From: the human T2T-CHM13v2.0 reference genome, Homo sapiens
Reading direction: 5' to 3' (one strand)
Assembly (NCBI RefSeq): GCF_009914755.1
Contig: NC_060939.1
DNA length: 64,000 nt
The notes beneath the pieces are model-generated. The model did not search any database. It saw nothing but the letters and a program-made list of their open reading frames with translations, and was not told the origin of the DNA. The position numbers and the translations under genes are program-made. Positions 42,100 through 55,699 of the stretch are shown here, in pieces; position 1 is the stretch's first letter, and the number at the start of each line of letters is the position of its first letter.

Positions 42100-43620
42100 A
42101 ATACATATTGTTATTAGGAACACATGGTACATTTACCAAAATAGACTGCCTCCTGAGCCATAAAACAAAACTAATACATGTTAAGGGGAGAAATCATGTA
42201 TTATATATTCTTGACACTGTAGAATTAAGACACAAATCAACTCCAAGAAGATAATTAGATAATTAAATACAGAAAAGCAGCAGAATATTCTAAATACTCA
42301 TGAGTAAAAAAAGAAATCATGGTAAAAATTACAAAATATTTTGAATTAAGTGCTAATAAAATATGGCATATCCAATTTTGTAGAATGCAGCTAAAACAGG
42401 AAGTAGATGAAAATTCAAAATGTTTTTGAAGTAGAATTTTAAAAGTAAGTGTGGTCTATTTAAAACTTTATTAAATTTCTGTATTATAGCCACAAACAAT
42501 TAGAAAATCATATATAAATTGTACCATTTAAATAACATTAAAATCACCACAAATAAATGTGATGAACGGCGTACAAGCCATGTTTTCAAGCAACTATAAA
42601 ATATTATGAGAGAAATTTAAGATGAACTAAATGAAATCTGTAACATTCCTAAAAAGATGCATTATTATAAAGATAGCAATTCCCCCCACATGGACCTACA
42701 GTTTCAATACAACCCTATGCAAATTTCAAAAGATATTTTTGTGCAAATTGACAAGACTTTTAAAATGCATGTAGAAATGCAAAGTGCTTAAAAATACAAA
42801 GGCAATCTACAAACTGGAGAACTACATTATTGGTTAGCTAATAAAGTAGAGTTCTTAAGAGAGTGTCATGTTAATGCATTTCTCAGTCCTTTCTCACACT
42901 GCTATAAAGAAATACCTGAGTCTAGGTAAAAAATAAATAGGTTTAATTGGCTCACAGTTCTGCAGGCTGTACAAGAAGCATAGTGGCTTCTGCTTCTGGG
43001 AAGTCCCCAGGAAGCTTTCAATCATGGCAAAAGGCAAAGAGAGAATGGGGCATCTCACATGGGGGGAGCAGGAGCAAGAGAGAGTGAGGTGGGATGTGCT
43101 GCACAGTTTTAAATAACCAGATCTCATGAGAACTCAAACACTATCACAAGAACAGCACCAAGGGGATAGTTCTAAACTATTCATAAAAACTCCACCTGCA
43201 TGATCAAAGCACCTCCTACCAGGCCCCACCTCCAACATTGAGGACTACAGTTTGACATGAGTTTTGGTGGGGACACAGATCCAAACCATATCAGTGCATA
43301 ACAAATAAACCAAGGGAATAAAATAGTCCAGAGGCCAATTCACATGTATGGCATGATGACCTGATTTGCATCAAAGATGCAAATTCAATGCGGTGGGGGA
43401 ATAAAGGGTGTTCTAAATAAATGGTGCTAGATCAACTGGGCACACATACAGAAAAAAGAATTTATGCTCAGAATGGAGAAAAAAATATCCTACACAATTT
43501 CCAAAAATCAGTTGTCCATAGATTATAGATCATAACTAAGGAGTCTGAGGTAAGCACCCACGATCGGTTACAGATTAGTGTGAATGGGTAGAAGCTATAT
43601 GGCAAAGAATTTAAAAATGA
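42100..43620 (+). mobile_element. Highly decayed L1M(C/E) ORF2 fragments, interrupted by an MST
   Basis: Degenerate ORF2 motifs (acatttaccaaaatagac, aaataaatggtgctagatcaactgg). Confidence 0.55.
42879..43293 (-). mobile_element. MSTA/B MaLR solo LTR
   Basis: cacactgctataaagaaatacctgag...gggacacagatccaaaccatatca; 5-bp TSD atgca/gtgca. Confidence 0.88.
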
Positions 43621-43948
43621 GGAAATGCGTTGATAGGGAAGAGAGCACACAAGGTCTACATTTTACAAGAGTTTGAATTTTGAAGGGAATTACAGAGTAA
43701 CTGTTGGAAACTAAGCATATTTGAGGCAGCATGCGAAGAACCAAGACGGGGGTAGAGGTTGGAGGTAAAGAGGAGGAGACTGATTTGATGGAGAACAGGT
43801 AAAGGTCTCTGAGGAAGCAAAACTGCAAGAGAGAATGAAAGGAGATTGTTGATTCTAAATTACTCTCATATGCAAAAAGAGCAGCATTCCTGTTAATTTT
43901 ATGCAAATGATGTCCTTTGTGGTATGTAACATTATTAATTTGTTATAG

Positions 43949-44045
43949 GTGGTTTGAACCTTTTGTCATGCAATGGCTAGATGAAAACGAAGATGTGTCA
44001 ATGGAATTCCTTCATGGAGCACTGGGAAGAGACAAAAAAGATGGA
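43949..44045 (+). CDS. UNC13C: UNC13C internal coding exon B, 97 nt, phase 2 to 0
   Basis: Acceptor tttgttatag|G, donor GGA|gtgagt. Its first G completes the TT|G Leu codon from exon A. Encodes [32 protein letters not shown]. Confidence 0.95.
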
Positions 44046-44704
44046 GTGAGTTTAAATTACCTTAAGAAAGTTCATTGCCATGATTCAGTCACATTGCTTA
44101 CTTTTAACCTAATGGGAATTATTAGACTCATTGTTATTAATTGTTTCCATTCCCCAGTGACCAAAATTAATTTAAAACACAATTTCAGTGGTCTGGTCAG
44201 AACCCTAGAAACTTGCCTACATTTATTAAAAAAAAAAAAAATCAATCACCCATTTTTCCCAAGATTTTCTTTAATTCTTACATTAATCTGAATCTACAGG
44301 TTTCCTAACCTTGTACAAAACATCTTTGTTGTCCTGGAACTTTTCCAGGATTTCTAGATTAGGAGCAGACATTCTCCCAGTCCCTGTGAAGCAGCTCCCA
44401 AAATCGTGAGCCACAACCGTCTTGCTAAGCTAACCTATTGCCTGTGGAGAAAATGAAAGACAAAAGAACCAGTACCTCAATTCAGCAGTGGAAAAACCAA
44501 TTAGCAGTAGCTTGCCCCATGATATTAGTTCCACCACACTTTCAAGAAAAGGAGATTAATGATTTTAAAGTGGGTAAGCATTTTATTACTGGGAAATGTA
44601 AATATGTGATACGGGAGATTCAGTTGTTGATGGGAAACAGTGAAGATTTTTCCATTCCGCCTCTAATGTACTGTTTGGGATGGTTTCACCTCCTCTCCCC
44701 ACAG

Positions 44705-44848
44705 TTCCAGCAGACATCTGAGCATGCTCTCTTTTCTTGCTCCGTGGTTGATGTCTTTGCTCAGCTGAATCAGAGCTTTGAAATTATTAAGAAACTGGAA
44801 TGCCCTAATCCTGAAGCATTATCTCACTTAATGAGAAGATTTGCAAAG
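44705..44848 (+). CDS. UNC13C: UNC13C internal coding exon C, 144 nt, phase 0 to 0
   Basis: Acceptor ctcctctccccacag|TTC, donor AAG|gtaggt. Encodes [48 protein letters not shown], the conserved MHD1 motif [12 protein letters not shown]. Confidence 0.96.
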
Positions 44849-47226
44849 GTAGGTTAAATAAAATGAGTCTTCTTTTTCTCTGGGTCTGTGGCAATCTGAA
44901 AAATGCTATTGTTTTGTGGTGTTAGTCTTCTCTGTCACCCCATCCCAGTTTATTTGTAATTCTGTACTAGTAAATTCAGTTGTTTCCAGGATTCCCATCT
45001 GATTTCCTACACTTCCTGTTTCTTTAATATGGATTTATCATCTTAAAAACCTATTTATTGTTCACTTCGAGGACTCAGTTACTTATAATCGAAGAAATTA
45101 CCATGGATTTCCAAATTACTCCCATTTCAAATGTGGTGTTTTCTAGCTGAAAGTAAGCCTTGGCAATTTCACATTCAAATTGCCAAGTGTTTTAGCAGAC
45201 ATTGTAGTATAGTGCAATGTATATTGAACTTGGAGCCATGAAAACTGATTTCTGATTACAAATCAACCAATAATTGTAATTGAATCTCAATAGTTCAAGT
45301 TTTTTATGAATTTAGTTTTCATATTTGACATATTGATTTTGATAAACCAAGTTCATCTTAAGGCCCCTTCTCCTCTTAAAATCTAAAATGGCTTACCATG
45401 TGCTTACTACTTTCCCAAGAGTTTCAAGGGAAATATAAGAAATAAAAGAAGCAGCCACTGTCTATCAAATCTCAGAAAAAATCCATATAATATGCAAGAC
45501 CACATGACATAAACTAATTGAAAGATGACGTGAAAAGGGACACAATTCAGCTTCAAGCTTAGTGAGATCAACCGTAAATTGAGTGGAGGGAAATCTGATG
45601 AGAGCCGAAATAGACAGAGGCTTCATGACAAGGGCAGGGCTCATAGAAGACTAAAACGGAGAAGTTAGAAAAGTATTCTAAGCCAGAGGAATAGCGGGAA
45701 CAAAGGAAGAGGTAAAGCTGAGACTGACATGGGAAGGGCAGGGAGAAACAACCCTTGTGGGGAGAAGCAGTAGGAAATGTTGGGAGAGTGAAGATACCCC
45801 AGATCTTGAAGAACTTTGCTTCCCAGGTTGAGAAGTTTAGACTTAATGTGCTGGTCAACTTAGGAAACGCAGAACCTTTGGAGATTTTTATGCAGGGTAG
45901 TGACATAACAAACATAGTAATTTAGGGAAACTACTTACACAGTTCTATCCCTGGCTGATCTAAATATAAGTCTGATTCCATGGATTGAATGATGACTGAG
46001 GTTTTAGGCTGTTCATTCAACAAGTGCTTGCCTATATGCCTCACTCGCACACACTATAAGCCACCTTGAGGGATGTAGTCATGAATAAGCATAATCTGTG
46101 ACCTCAGAAAACTTGTATGGAAGGGCCAAAGCTGCAAACAACTATGACAAAGTCAAATGTTATAATCAGAGCATCTCAGAAGTTGAAAGAGGCCCAGAAT
46201 ATAGATAAAGAAGCAGAGACAGACAGAGAGACACTAAACTGTATTATATTTATTTGCCATGAAATATTCTGATCTCATCTTCATTAATTAAGACTAACCT
46301 CCTACTTTTAAAATATTAAATAATAGCCAGTAATCATTTATTTAAACCATTCTTAGAGATGACTTTCTGAGTCCCCTTAGATGATTCTAATTTCCCAATA
46401 TAGCGAAATCTGTAGAGCATAATTCTAAAAATTCTCTAAGTCTTTTCTTGATGAGCAGCTGTGTTTGGGTGAATGCCAAGAAAAGAATGAAACTGGGTCA
46501 TTAGGAATAGTGTTTGACAAAGTATGTCACGTACTATTCTTGGAATTCTGTAGGATGTAGGGGAAGCAGGCTCATATGAGAATTTAAAAATCTCAGGGTT
46601 AATATATTTAGGTTAATATATTTAGTAACATATGATAATTGTACCTGATATTAGAAAAGTAACTAGAATTCACCCTCAGAATAGTCAGGCAGGTAGGTTA
46701 TGTAAGTTGGGAGACATGAGTGCACGGTAACAGAGTAGAAAGAATGCTGAATTGAGATTCCTAGACCCTGAGCTGCAGCCACCCGTTTGTAGCTCTGACC
46801 TTTCTTCAGCTGTAATACTGAACATAGCCACAATATGCCTGCTTGGGTATAACCAAATGTACTGAATGGAAGTATAAAAGGGTGGGAGGTCACAAGGAAG
46901 GTCATATTAGAATCACTCAGGAAAATACATTCTCTGAAGCAAGAAGAAAAGAATCAGCTTCCATGTATTACTGAGGAGATGTGTGCTTTTATTGGTGCAA
47001 TAAAAAAATCAATTAAGTAAAACATTTTTAATCCATGGAAATTCAACAATATCCAATTGTCAGCAGGATATAGTGTAAGAACAATGAGAAGCATTTTCTG
47101 GAAAAGAAGAAATTAGTGATTTTCATTGAAAAAGAAATTCTATTTTATTGGAATGATTTAAAAATCTCTTGCCAGCATTTCTCTTTTTAACTCTTGCAGT
47201 AACTTACTATACAGAATAATAAATAA

Positions 47227-47525
<299 letters not shown>

Positions 47526-49209
47526 CATTATCAGCATTTCTATCTATAATTTGTATTTTATATAACAAAGTAGATAAAAATCGTTTGTGTTTACTATAAT
47601 TAGCCATTTCACAAGAACTGCAAACTATTGCAATTTGTTTTTATTTCATCAGATGTGACTGACTAATTAGTCTTGAAAACTCTACGCTTCTAAGTATTGG
47701 AATCCTTATATCAAAATATACTAAAATCCCATTATCTTTATGGGATTTATATTGATTTAAACAGTCTCCTGGAGATCAGACACATTAATTGTATCTGTAG
47801 AGATTTAAAAATTTTTGCATTTTAAAATGGGATTTAAAGGGACAATTTATTCTTACTAAACAGGATATAAGACTAAAAAAGGTACCAAACAAAATGCTTC
47901 AAATTTCATATCAAGAACATTCAGAAGCTATGATGAGTGATAAAATGGGCACATGAGTAGTTAATATTCCTATGATTATAGTGCTGCTCTTGACAAGTAT
48001 GGGTAATTTAATTTTAAAAATAGATATGAAGTAATGTTATTTTTAATATTGCCTAAAAACAAATAAACAAATATTAAGTCCTGGGTATGAGTCTGGCTGT
48101 TTGCCAGGTGCTGCAGATACTGTGGTAAATGACGCACACATATTTATTTCTATTCCTTGTTCTCTGGGAACATAATTCTAATTTTTAACAATAATAATGA
48201 TAATTCATTGAGCATTATTATATGCTAATCACTTTATACATTTTCTTATTCTTCACAACCGTCTAATTAAATGGGTACTATTATTTTCCCTAATTTCCAT
48301 CCATGATGAAACAGACTAAAAACGTTTAAATAATTGAAATGATATAGATAGAATCAACCACTAAACTATACTCACTTCTCATTCTGGTGTGATCAGAATT
48401 AAGTTAGAAATTTGGAGAATAGAATCTCACTATTTGTTTTTTACCCTTAAGGTCAAACCTAGGCATTTATGGTGACAGAAATGGGAGACCCTATCTTATG
48501 TTGGATGTGTTAAAATACATTACATAAATCCGTGAAGTCACATTTCTTCACAATATGACAGTTTTCTTGTCTTCCTTGTGTTGCTCTAATACTGCATTGT
48601 TCCATGCATAAAATGTGAATGAAAAGATGGATTTTGAACCACACTTCTTATCTCACTGATCATAAGAGCAGTACACTAGATGGAATAACTGGAAGTGTTG
48701 ACAGGATATTTAGCCCACTCCTAACAGGGTGGCATTAGCTCAGAAAAACACAATGCCTTTGTCTGAGTAATTGATGGCCGTCCCACTCAATGCTCCACCA
48801 GTACCTGTGTGTCAAATCAGAACTGATTGTAGCTGAAAGATATTTCAGTCACCCTGTCTAATCCTTTAAATGCAGCAGAATCACTCTCTGTACTGCCACA
48901 CTCCTATTAGAATTTCATTTTATTTAATCTGGAACTTTTTGAATAGCAGCTCTTTATAGGCATCCGTAAAAGAGCCCTCTACTCCTCATGACTATTTCTT
49001 TAGAACAAGATGCAACAGTCCCTGCTAGGCTGTTTGTTCCCTCTGTCTGCACTATACTCTCTTCTGAAGACCAGTAGTTCCCCAAAGATAAAATCATGAC
49101 CTAAGCTCACACACCCAGAAGTCTTATGTTCCAGGCCTTGCCAGGTGCCCCGTCCATCACAGCTTTTCTCTGAAGAGTTACCTCCACCCTGCCATGCATT
49201 CGTTAAGAT

Positions 49210-49396
49210 AGTGGTTCTCAAACTTTGTATGCATTGGAATTACCTTAGACTTGTTAAAACCCAGACAGCTGGAGCCCACCTCTGGCATTTCTGACTCAGT
49301 AATTTAGGATAGGACCAAATAATGTGCATGTCCAACAAGTTCCCAGGTGATGCTTATAATGGTGCTGATTCCAGAACTACATTCCGAGAAACAATG
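49210..49396. mobile_element. MER5A (hAT-Charlie) MITE
   Basis: agtggttctcaaactt...aacaagttcccaggtgatgct...gagaaac. Confidence 0.75.
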
Positions 49397-49612
49397 AGTT
49401 AAGCATGTCATAAGCAACAGCTTATTAGTATTAAAGAGCTATTGTGTGATAGTGGTTTACTTAGCTGAATAAATTAGAATGAAATTGAAGTTGCCCACAA
49501 AATGTACTTTGCACACTCTCATTCAAGTGTACATTGTACATTAGTAAAGATGGGAGTTATTACGGCAGTGTGCTTGCAACTCTTATAGGCACACAGCTTT
49601 AAGCTATATTCT

Positions 49613-49662
49613 TTTTTTTTTTTTTTTTTTTGAGACAATCTCGCTCTGTCGCCCAGGCTGGA
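49613..49662 (-). mobile_element. Extremely 5'-truncated Alu (~30 nt plus polyA)
   Basis: Poly-T then gagacaatctcgctctgtcgcccaggctgga, flanked by an 8-bp TSD tatattct. Confidence 0.85.
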
Positions 49663-50985
49663 TATATTCTATATGACTGTGCACTTTGTCTTACCTGCAG
49701 CCCATCCTGACTTGCTAACCATTGGCATTTGTAGGCTATTACGTGTGAGATCCCAGGATTCCTTGTCTCTAAGCATAAATTCAAGGGACTAAGGTTTTCC
49801 TATGAAGTAGACTCAAGCTGTAGGCCATAGGGCATACTTCAAGAATTATCGTAAAGGGTATCCAGCTTGCTCTTTCTTCTTTAGAAAACGATAACAAAGG
49901 CAAAAAACAAAATCTATGCTGTTCAGCAAGTCACCCGGCAGCTGTAGGATGTAGGGGAAGCAGAATCATAAGAATTAAAAAATCTCACATGGCAGTAAGT
50001 TGTAGAGGATTTTCACACAGCCCAAACTTTACCTTAAGCAAGTTACAATGTCTGAGTTACAACGATTGCCTAAAGTCAGGTTTATGGTTTGTGTTTATAT
50101 GTTGTTGTGTATGCAATACAATATAATAATTCTTCAAGTTTATAATGTCATCAAGAAGCTGTAGATTGAGAGTAGTATTCATACGTACAAACGAATAAGT
50201 ATTTCATAGGTAAGTCCAAAGTAATTGAACATTATGTCTAAAGTAAAATTTGAAGAGACACATTTGAAGATAATTCAGTCTGATCAGTCATCTGTTTACC
50301 AGGATTTATTGGTCTGCTGCTTGATAAGATTTTATATTTTCAAGGTCAACTTTCTATTTGAGCTGATGCATATTATCACGTTACTGTGTACTTCAACGAA
50401 GTATTGATTTTCTGTCTGTGTGTTATCTCTTATTTCAGGATTTCATTGTGATTTTCAAAGTGTGTAAGCAAGCTTATAATCAATTTAGCGAATTCAGGTT
50501 TATAAATTAAACATCTCTTCTTCGGCTTAACTCTTTGGAGTGTCTCCCTCAGTTGATTTTGAGCCACTAAGAAAATTCAGGCATATGTTGTACAAATAAG
50601 AAAATAAAAGCTTTTTTGTCTTTACTTTTCTATCAAAAGAGATGACATTTCTACTGCTATTGTTGCCTTATCTCTTCTAAGAAAATCATATCTACATTTG
50701 GCTTATGATAATTTAATCTATGTATAAAAGCAGTGAGTGCAAACACATTCATGCATCTTTAAGTAATTGAAATAAAATTTAATTAACATGGTTTATTTTC
50801 CTCTGCTTTGCATAATTAATGAAAACAGAGGGCATTCTTAGGCTCAGAAACAGTTGTTAGAGGGAGAAAAAAATGTAGAACTAAGATGAAAAAGACAGCA
50901 AGAAGTTAACTTAGGATTAAACTTTATAGCATATTTGTAAACTACATACTTACCTGGGTAAAGTTCACAATGTTTTCTTTCTTAG

Positions 50986-51063
50986 ACTATCAATAAAGTG
51001 CTGCTCCAGTATGCTGCAATTGTATCAAGTGATTTCAGTTCACATTGTGATAAGGAAAATGTG
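50986..51063 (+). CDS. UNC13C: UNC13C internal coding exon D, 78 nt, phase 0 to 0 (not in ORF track)
   Basis: Acceptor tgttttctttcttag|ACT, donor GTG|gtaagt. Encodes [26 protein letters not shown], continuing RRFAK-TI..VLLQY as in Munc13 paralogs. Confidence 0.93.
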
Positions 51064-52764
51064 GTAAGTAAAAAATGTCTCTACTTTCAAGTATCTCTCA
51101 GTTGAGATTTACTTCTTCAAAGTATGAGTAAGCAAGATAAATTGTTGACTTTCAGTTTTCACATAGGATAATAAGAAATAAGGATCTTAAGAAGCTGGAA
51201 ACTTCTCCAGGGTTCTTGAACTGGTTTTAATACAGGATTTACAGGAAGGTAGAGAGTGTCTCAATGCCAGCCAACTTGTGGTTTTCCATGTAGATAAGGA
51301 ACAAGACTAGAATAAATCATTGAAAATAAACATACTCATAAAATACTGGAGCTGAGAAAAACAAGGGACTTAAAAATTAGATGAGTATTGGCACCAACTA
51401 GTTTCATTTTGGCATTAATACTCAAATAAGTGTAATTTAGTCTTTCAGTTTTCAAATAAATTGCAAACGTTAATATATGGAACAATGCTGATTTCTATTC
51501 TGAATTATTAAAATAGCTTTTTTAGATGATTGAGAAAATATTTATAAAATTCAAACTAGTATTGCAACTTAATCAAAGGCATAAAGAAAAGCTAGATAAA
51601 GGTATTTGAAATATAGTAAGATTTATTTTATGATGGAAGGTGAAAGCTTTCTTATTCAATCTGTAATATTAGGAGAAATACATTGGCAGCATTGTAAACA
51701 TTTTGAAAAACAGTAGCTCTGAAAAAAAAAAGTGTTTAAAAAGTGAGTATAGGGTTTTTTTTTAAAAAAAAGAAAAACCAGTTTTTTCCCCCTCCAAAAA
51801 TCAGTTTCGCTATCAGGTGAATCTAAATTATTCTAAAGAAAGCTACTAGTTTTCTCCCTGAAACCTCATTGACCTCTTGCTGACAGCTCATTAAGATAAG
51901 TCAGTCCTAATGGTTCTTGAGAATTCTATAAGATGCTTCTTTTCCTTAAATTAATATGCTGCCCAGAAATTTTATTAGAACTTTTTGACAACTCAAACAA
52001 TTATTTCTTATTGCTATTGATTATACTCAAAAAGCAAGATATTTATTTATTGAAAGTATATTATTTCTGATTACAAGATAATACATGTCTAAAGTGTTAC
52101 ATTGAAAATCAAAACAGTATCTGATAATTTCACAAAAGGATCCTGTTTATACTAGGACAGCCAAATTGAAGATTTTGAAAGGTGACCATGAGCTCCTAAG
52201 GCTAATTCCTGCCATTCAGAAAGGCAAATTAGTTTTTAAAAGCCCCTGCAGAGTTCCACTTTATGTATTAACATTCTATATTATATTTTACATTTAATAA
52301 ACACTGAGATAAAAATCATAACCCAGTATTTATTATATTATTCTATGTACTCTTTCTGTAGGTTTTATACTTGGAAAAATTAAATCTTTATAAAAAGAAA
52401 CAAAAGCCCTCCAAATATTACAGCAAAGGAACTTCCTTTTCCTTCCCTCAGTGCTTTTCTTCCATAATTACTAATATCTTGACCAGCCTTATACACTGTT
52501 GCTTAAATGCCAAGTATCATTTTAGCTTTTATAAAAGAATATCACTTGGTTACTAGGCTTATGTTTTCATTCAAGGCAAATTGAAATGCTTTTGTACATT
52601 TCCATGAGTATATATAGTTACTATTACAGATACTTATTTATAATTATTTTAATATCAGATTTCAATATCAAGATCACTGAAACTTGTACATCTTTCAGTA
52701 TATCTATGGCAATATATCTATTTCATCTGCAAATTGAGCTAGAAACATCTAAAGATAGACATCA

Positions 52765-53120
<356 letters not shown>

Positions 53121-53550
53121 TCAGAATTAAAGACCAGAGTTAAATAAAATATCCATGTCAGAATAATTTGTTTTCTACTGTAACATTTTAAATTGGAAAT
53201 GGGTCAAAATATTTTTATTTATTTAATTTCACATTCCAAAATATAGCAAGACATCACAATCTAAATTAGAATTACTTTTATTTTAAATAATCTTTAAAAT
53301 ATTTTTAAACTCAGAAACACTTTGGCCATGTAGAAGTGTTCCTAGTCTGAAACTTTCATATTCACTATGTTTCAGTTTCCTAACTTTGTTCCAGATTGAG
53401 TTAAAATTAAAGGTATTATTCTATTTTTAGGGAAAAAATCAAGATATAAAAATAGGAAGATATAAATTGACTTTAACATAGTTTGTTTTATCTTACTAAA
53501 CTCAAAAAGCAATATCCCTGAATTAGGGTAATGTTTCCTTTGCTGTCAGT

Positions 53551-53604
53551 TTCCTTTTTTCATTTACTATGAAGTTGTTCTTTTTTTCATTTACTATGAA
53601 GTTG
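53551..53604 (+). repeat. 27-bp tandem duplication
   Basis: ttc(c/t)ttttttcatttactatgaagttg twice. Confidence 0.9.
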
Positions 53605-55621
53605 TCGAAAGTAAAAACTGTTTCATGATTAAATTTAAGGTGAATTTGTATAATCTGTTCCCAGTAGCAGTTTGATGAATTGATTCAGTAAAACTGCACT
53701 TTGAACATTTCAAGGTCAGGGAACTCTTAATGAAAAGGGAGAGTCTCAAATTTATTTTTGTTTCCCTCCGGATAACTGCATCTCCTCTTTTTTCTCTGTA
53801 GTCTAACTTGGGGTCAATAGCAATCCATGTCAAGTGAGCCAAACTGTCCATGTTCATTTTGTTCTCAGTAGCTCTTTTTCATCAGAAATCATCATAGTAA
53901 GAAGAGTTGGCAGTTGACCTTTATTTATAAAGCTAGTACTAGGGTCCTGTTACATGTGACAATAAAGATTAGCTTGAATGTTAATATCAAATAATCTAAG
54001 AAGAGTCTATCAAGCTAACTTAGACATGGGAAACAAGGTGATAATAACCACTCACTTGTGTAGTCTTCCTGTTTCTCATTATAAGTCATTGTTTTACTTT
54101 GACCTTGGATTTCTCCCTGGTAGGATTGCCCAGATTCACACCAAATCTTCCCTTTCTGCAATTAAAAGTAAATGTCAATGACCCTACCTCCTAGTGAAAA
54201 GATAGGCTATTGGCTTAGTTTGTGGATTTTGGTTCAAGATGCTGAATCCTCTGAAAATGTGGCCCTACTCACTATGGAAAGGACTAAGCCCAGATCAAGT
54301 AGTTCTCACTTATGGCTATGGATCAGAATCATTTGTGGAACATTTTGATTCAGCTAATTAAAACAGAATCTTTGGGGGATACATCTCAGATATCTGTGTT
54401 AAAAAATAAAGTTTTTAAGTGACTGGAATCAAGGAAACAGAAAGGAATTATTAAATTGTTTGCATAAATCAAAGTGATGATGTGGTCACTTTAAGAGTCA
54501 AGTAGAAAGTTTTTCAAAGGTCATTAATGTGGCTCAAGTAATAATAAAATCTTTCCACTGATAAGAGCTAACACCTCTCTGACATCCCTTGAGTCCTTTG
54601 CATGACTCTGGTTATTGGGTTATTTCTCAGCAACTTGGAAGATACATCCATTTTCCTTCCTTTGTCTATTTCTCTTTCTGTGTCTGTTTTTCTCTGATAT
54701 ACTGGCTCTTAGGAATCAATATACAGCAAAGATTAAATGATTCTATAACTATTATGAATTGTTTTCTAATTATGAATTAATGTTTACTATTCTAAGTTCA
54801 CATCTAGACCTGTCACAAAGCTTTACATCTTTGTTATTATTATATTATCTGGCTCCTTGGAAACAAGTGGAGAAACATTTTCTAAGCATGTATTATATGT
54901 ACACCACTGTGCAGTAGTTTGTGAGTAAGAAAAGCAGAAAGAGACACAGCAGCATGTACAATGTATTTAACGTTAGCTGGTGAGAGTGAAAAGCAACTCA
55001 AATGTAAAGCAATGTAAAACAAATGCCAAGTGAGTGATAAGATAAAATCCAGGAAAAAAGAACGCTCTAACCTGAATGATGGATATGAGTCAAATAAGCA
55101 AGTAGGAAAATGAGAAGAAAAACACAGGTTAAAGCCAGAAGAAAAACACTTCGAATACCAGCATGTGGTCTTTACCTGCAGCCAGAAAATATATTTAAGT
55201 TTATTTTTAAAATGTTTTTGCATTTAAAAAATCACATGGTATTTTCTTTTCTAAAACAGTAAAATAACAGAAGAATTTAAGCTAACCTTTTTCTAAAAGT
55301 AAATCTATAAAAACAAAAAGTGTGCTTACTTTCTAAGTATGAAATGTTACAATGTTAAAGATAAAAGAAACTTTAGCAGCAAGTCTCCAATGGTTTATTG
55401 TCTGAGTATGTTTTTAAATTTCATTCCCCAATGTGGCATTATGTTTCTCTGTTTCCATTCTTAACTGTTACAAACTATAATGTTGAAATAGCAGAATTAG
55501 TATATACATCTAATATAATAGGAATCCAAGATAGCTATTTTCCACCACTTATAAGTTAAACTCATTCAATAATTTTATATAAAAAGATTGCTCATAATAG
55601 TCTTTTTTTCTATATTTAAAG

Positions 55622-55699
55622 CCCTGTATCTTGATGAACAATATTCAACAATTGCGGGTCCAGCTGGAAAAAATGTTTGAATCCATGGGAGGGAAGGAG
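55622..55699 (+). CDS. UNC13C: UNC13C internal coding exon E, 78 nt, phase 0 to 0 (not in ORF track)
   Basis: Acceptor tttttttctatatttaaag|CCC, donor GAG|gtgggt. Encodes [26 protein letters not shown], a highly conserved Munc13 motif. Confidence 0.94.

Noticed and set aside
43917-44857. 124-aa and 139-aa ORFs as standalone genes
   Set aside because: Only the portions between splice sites are Munc13-like; the rest is intron read-through.
50946-50957. U1 snRNA gene or pseudogene
   Set aside because: The match stops after 12 nt; no U1 body follows.
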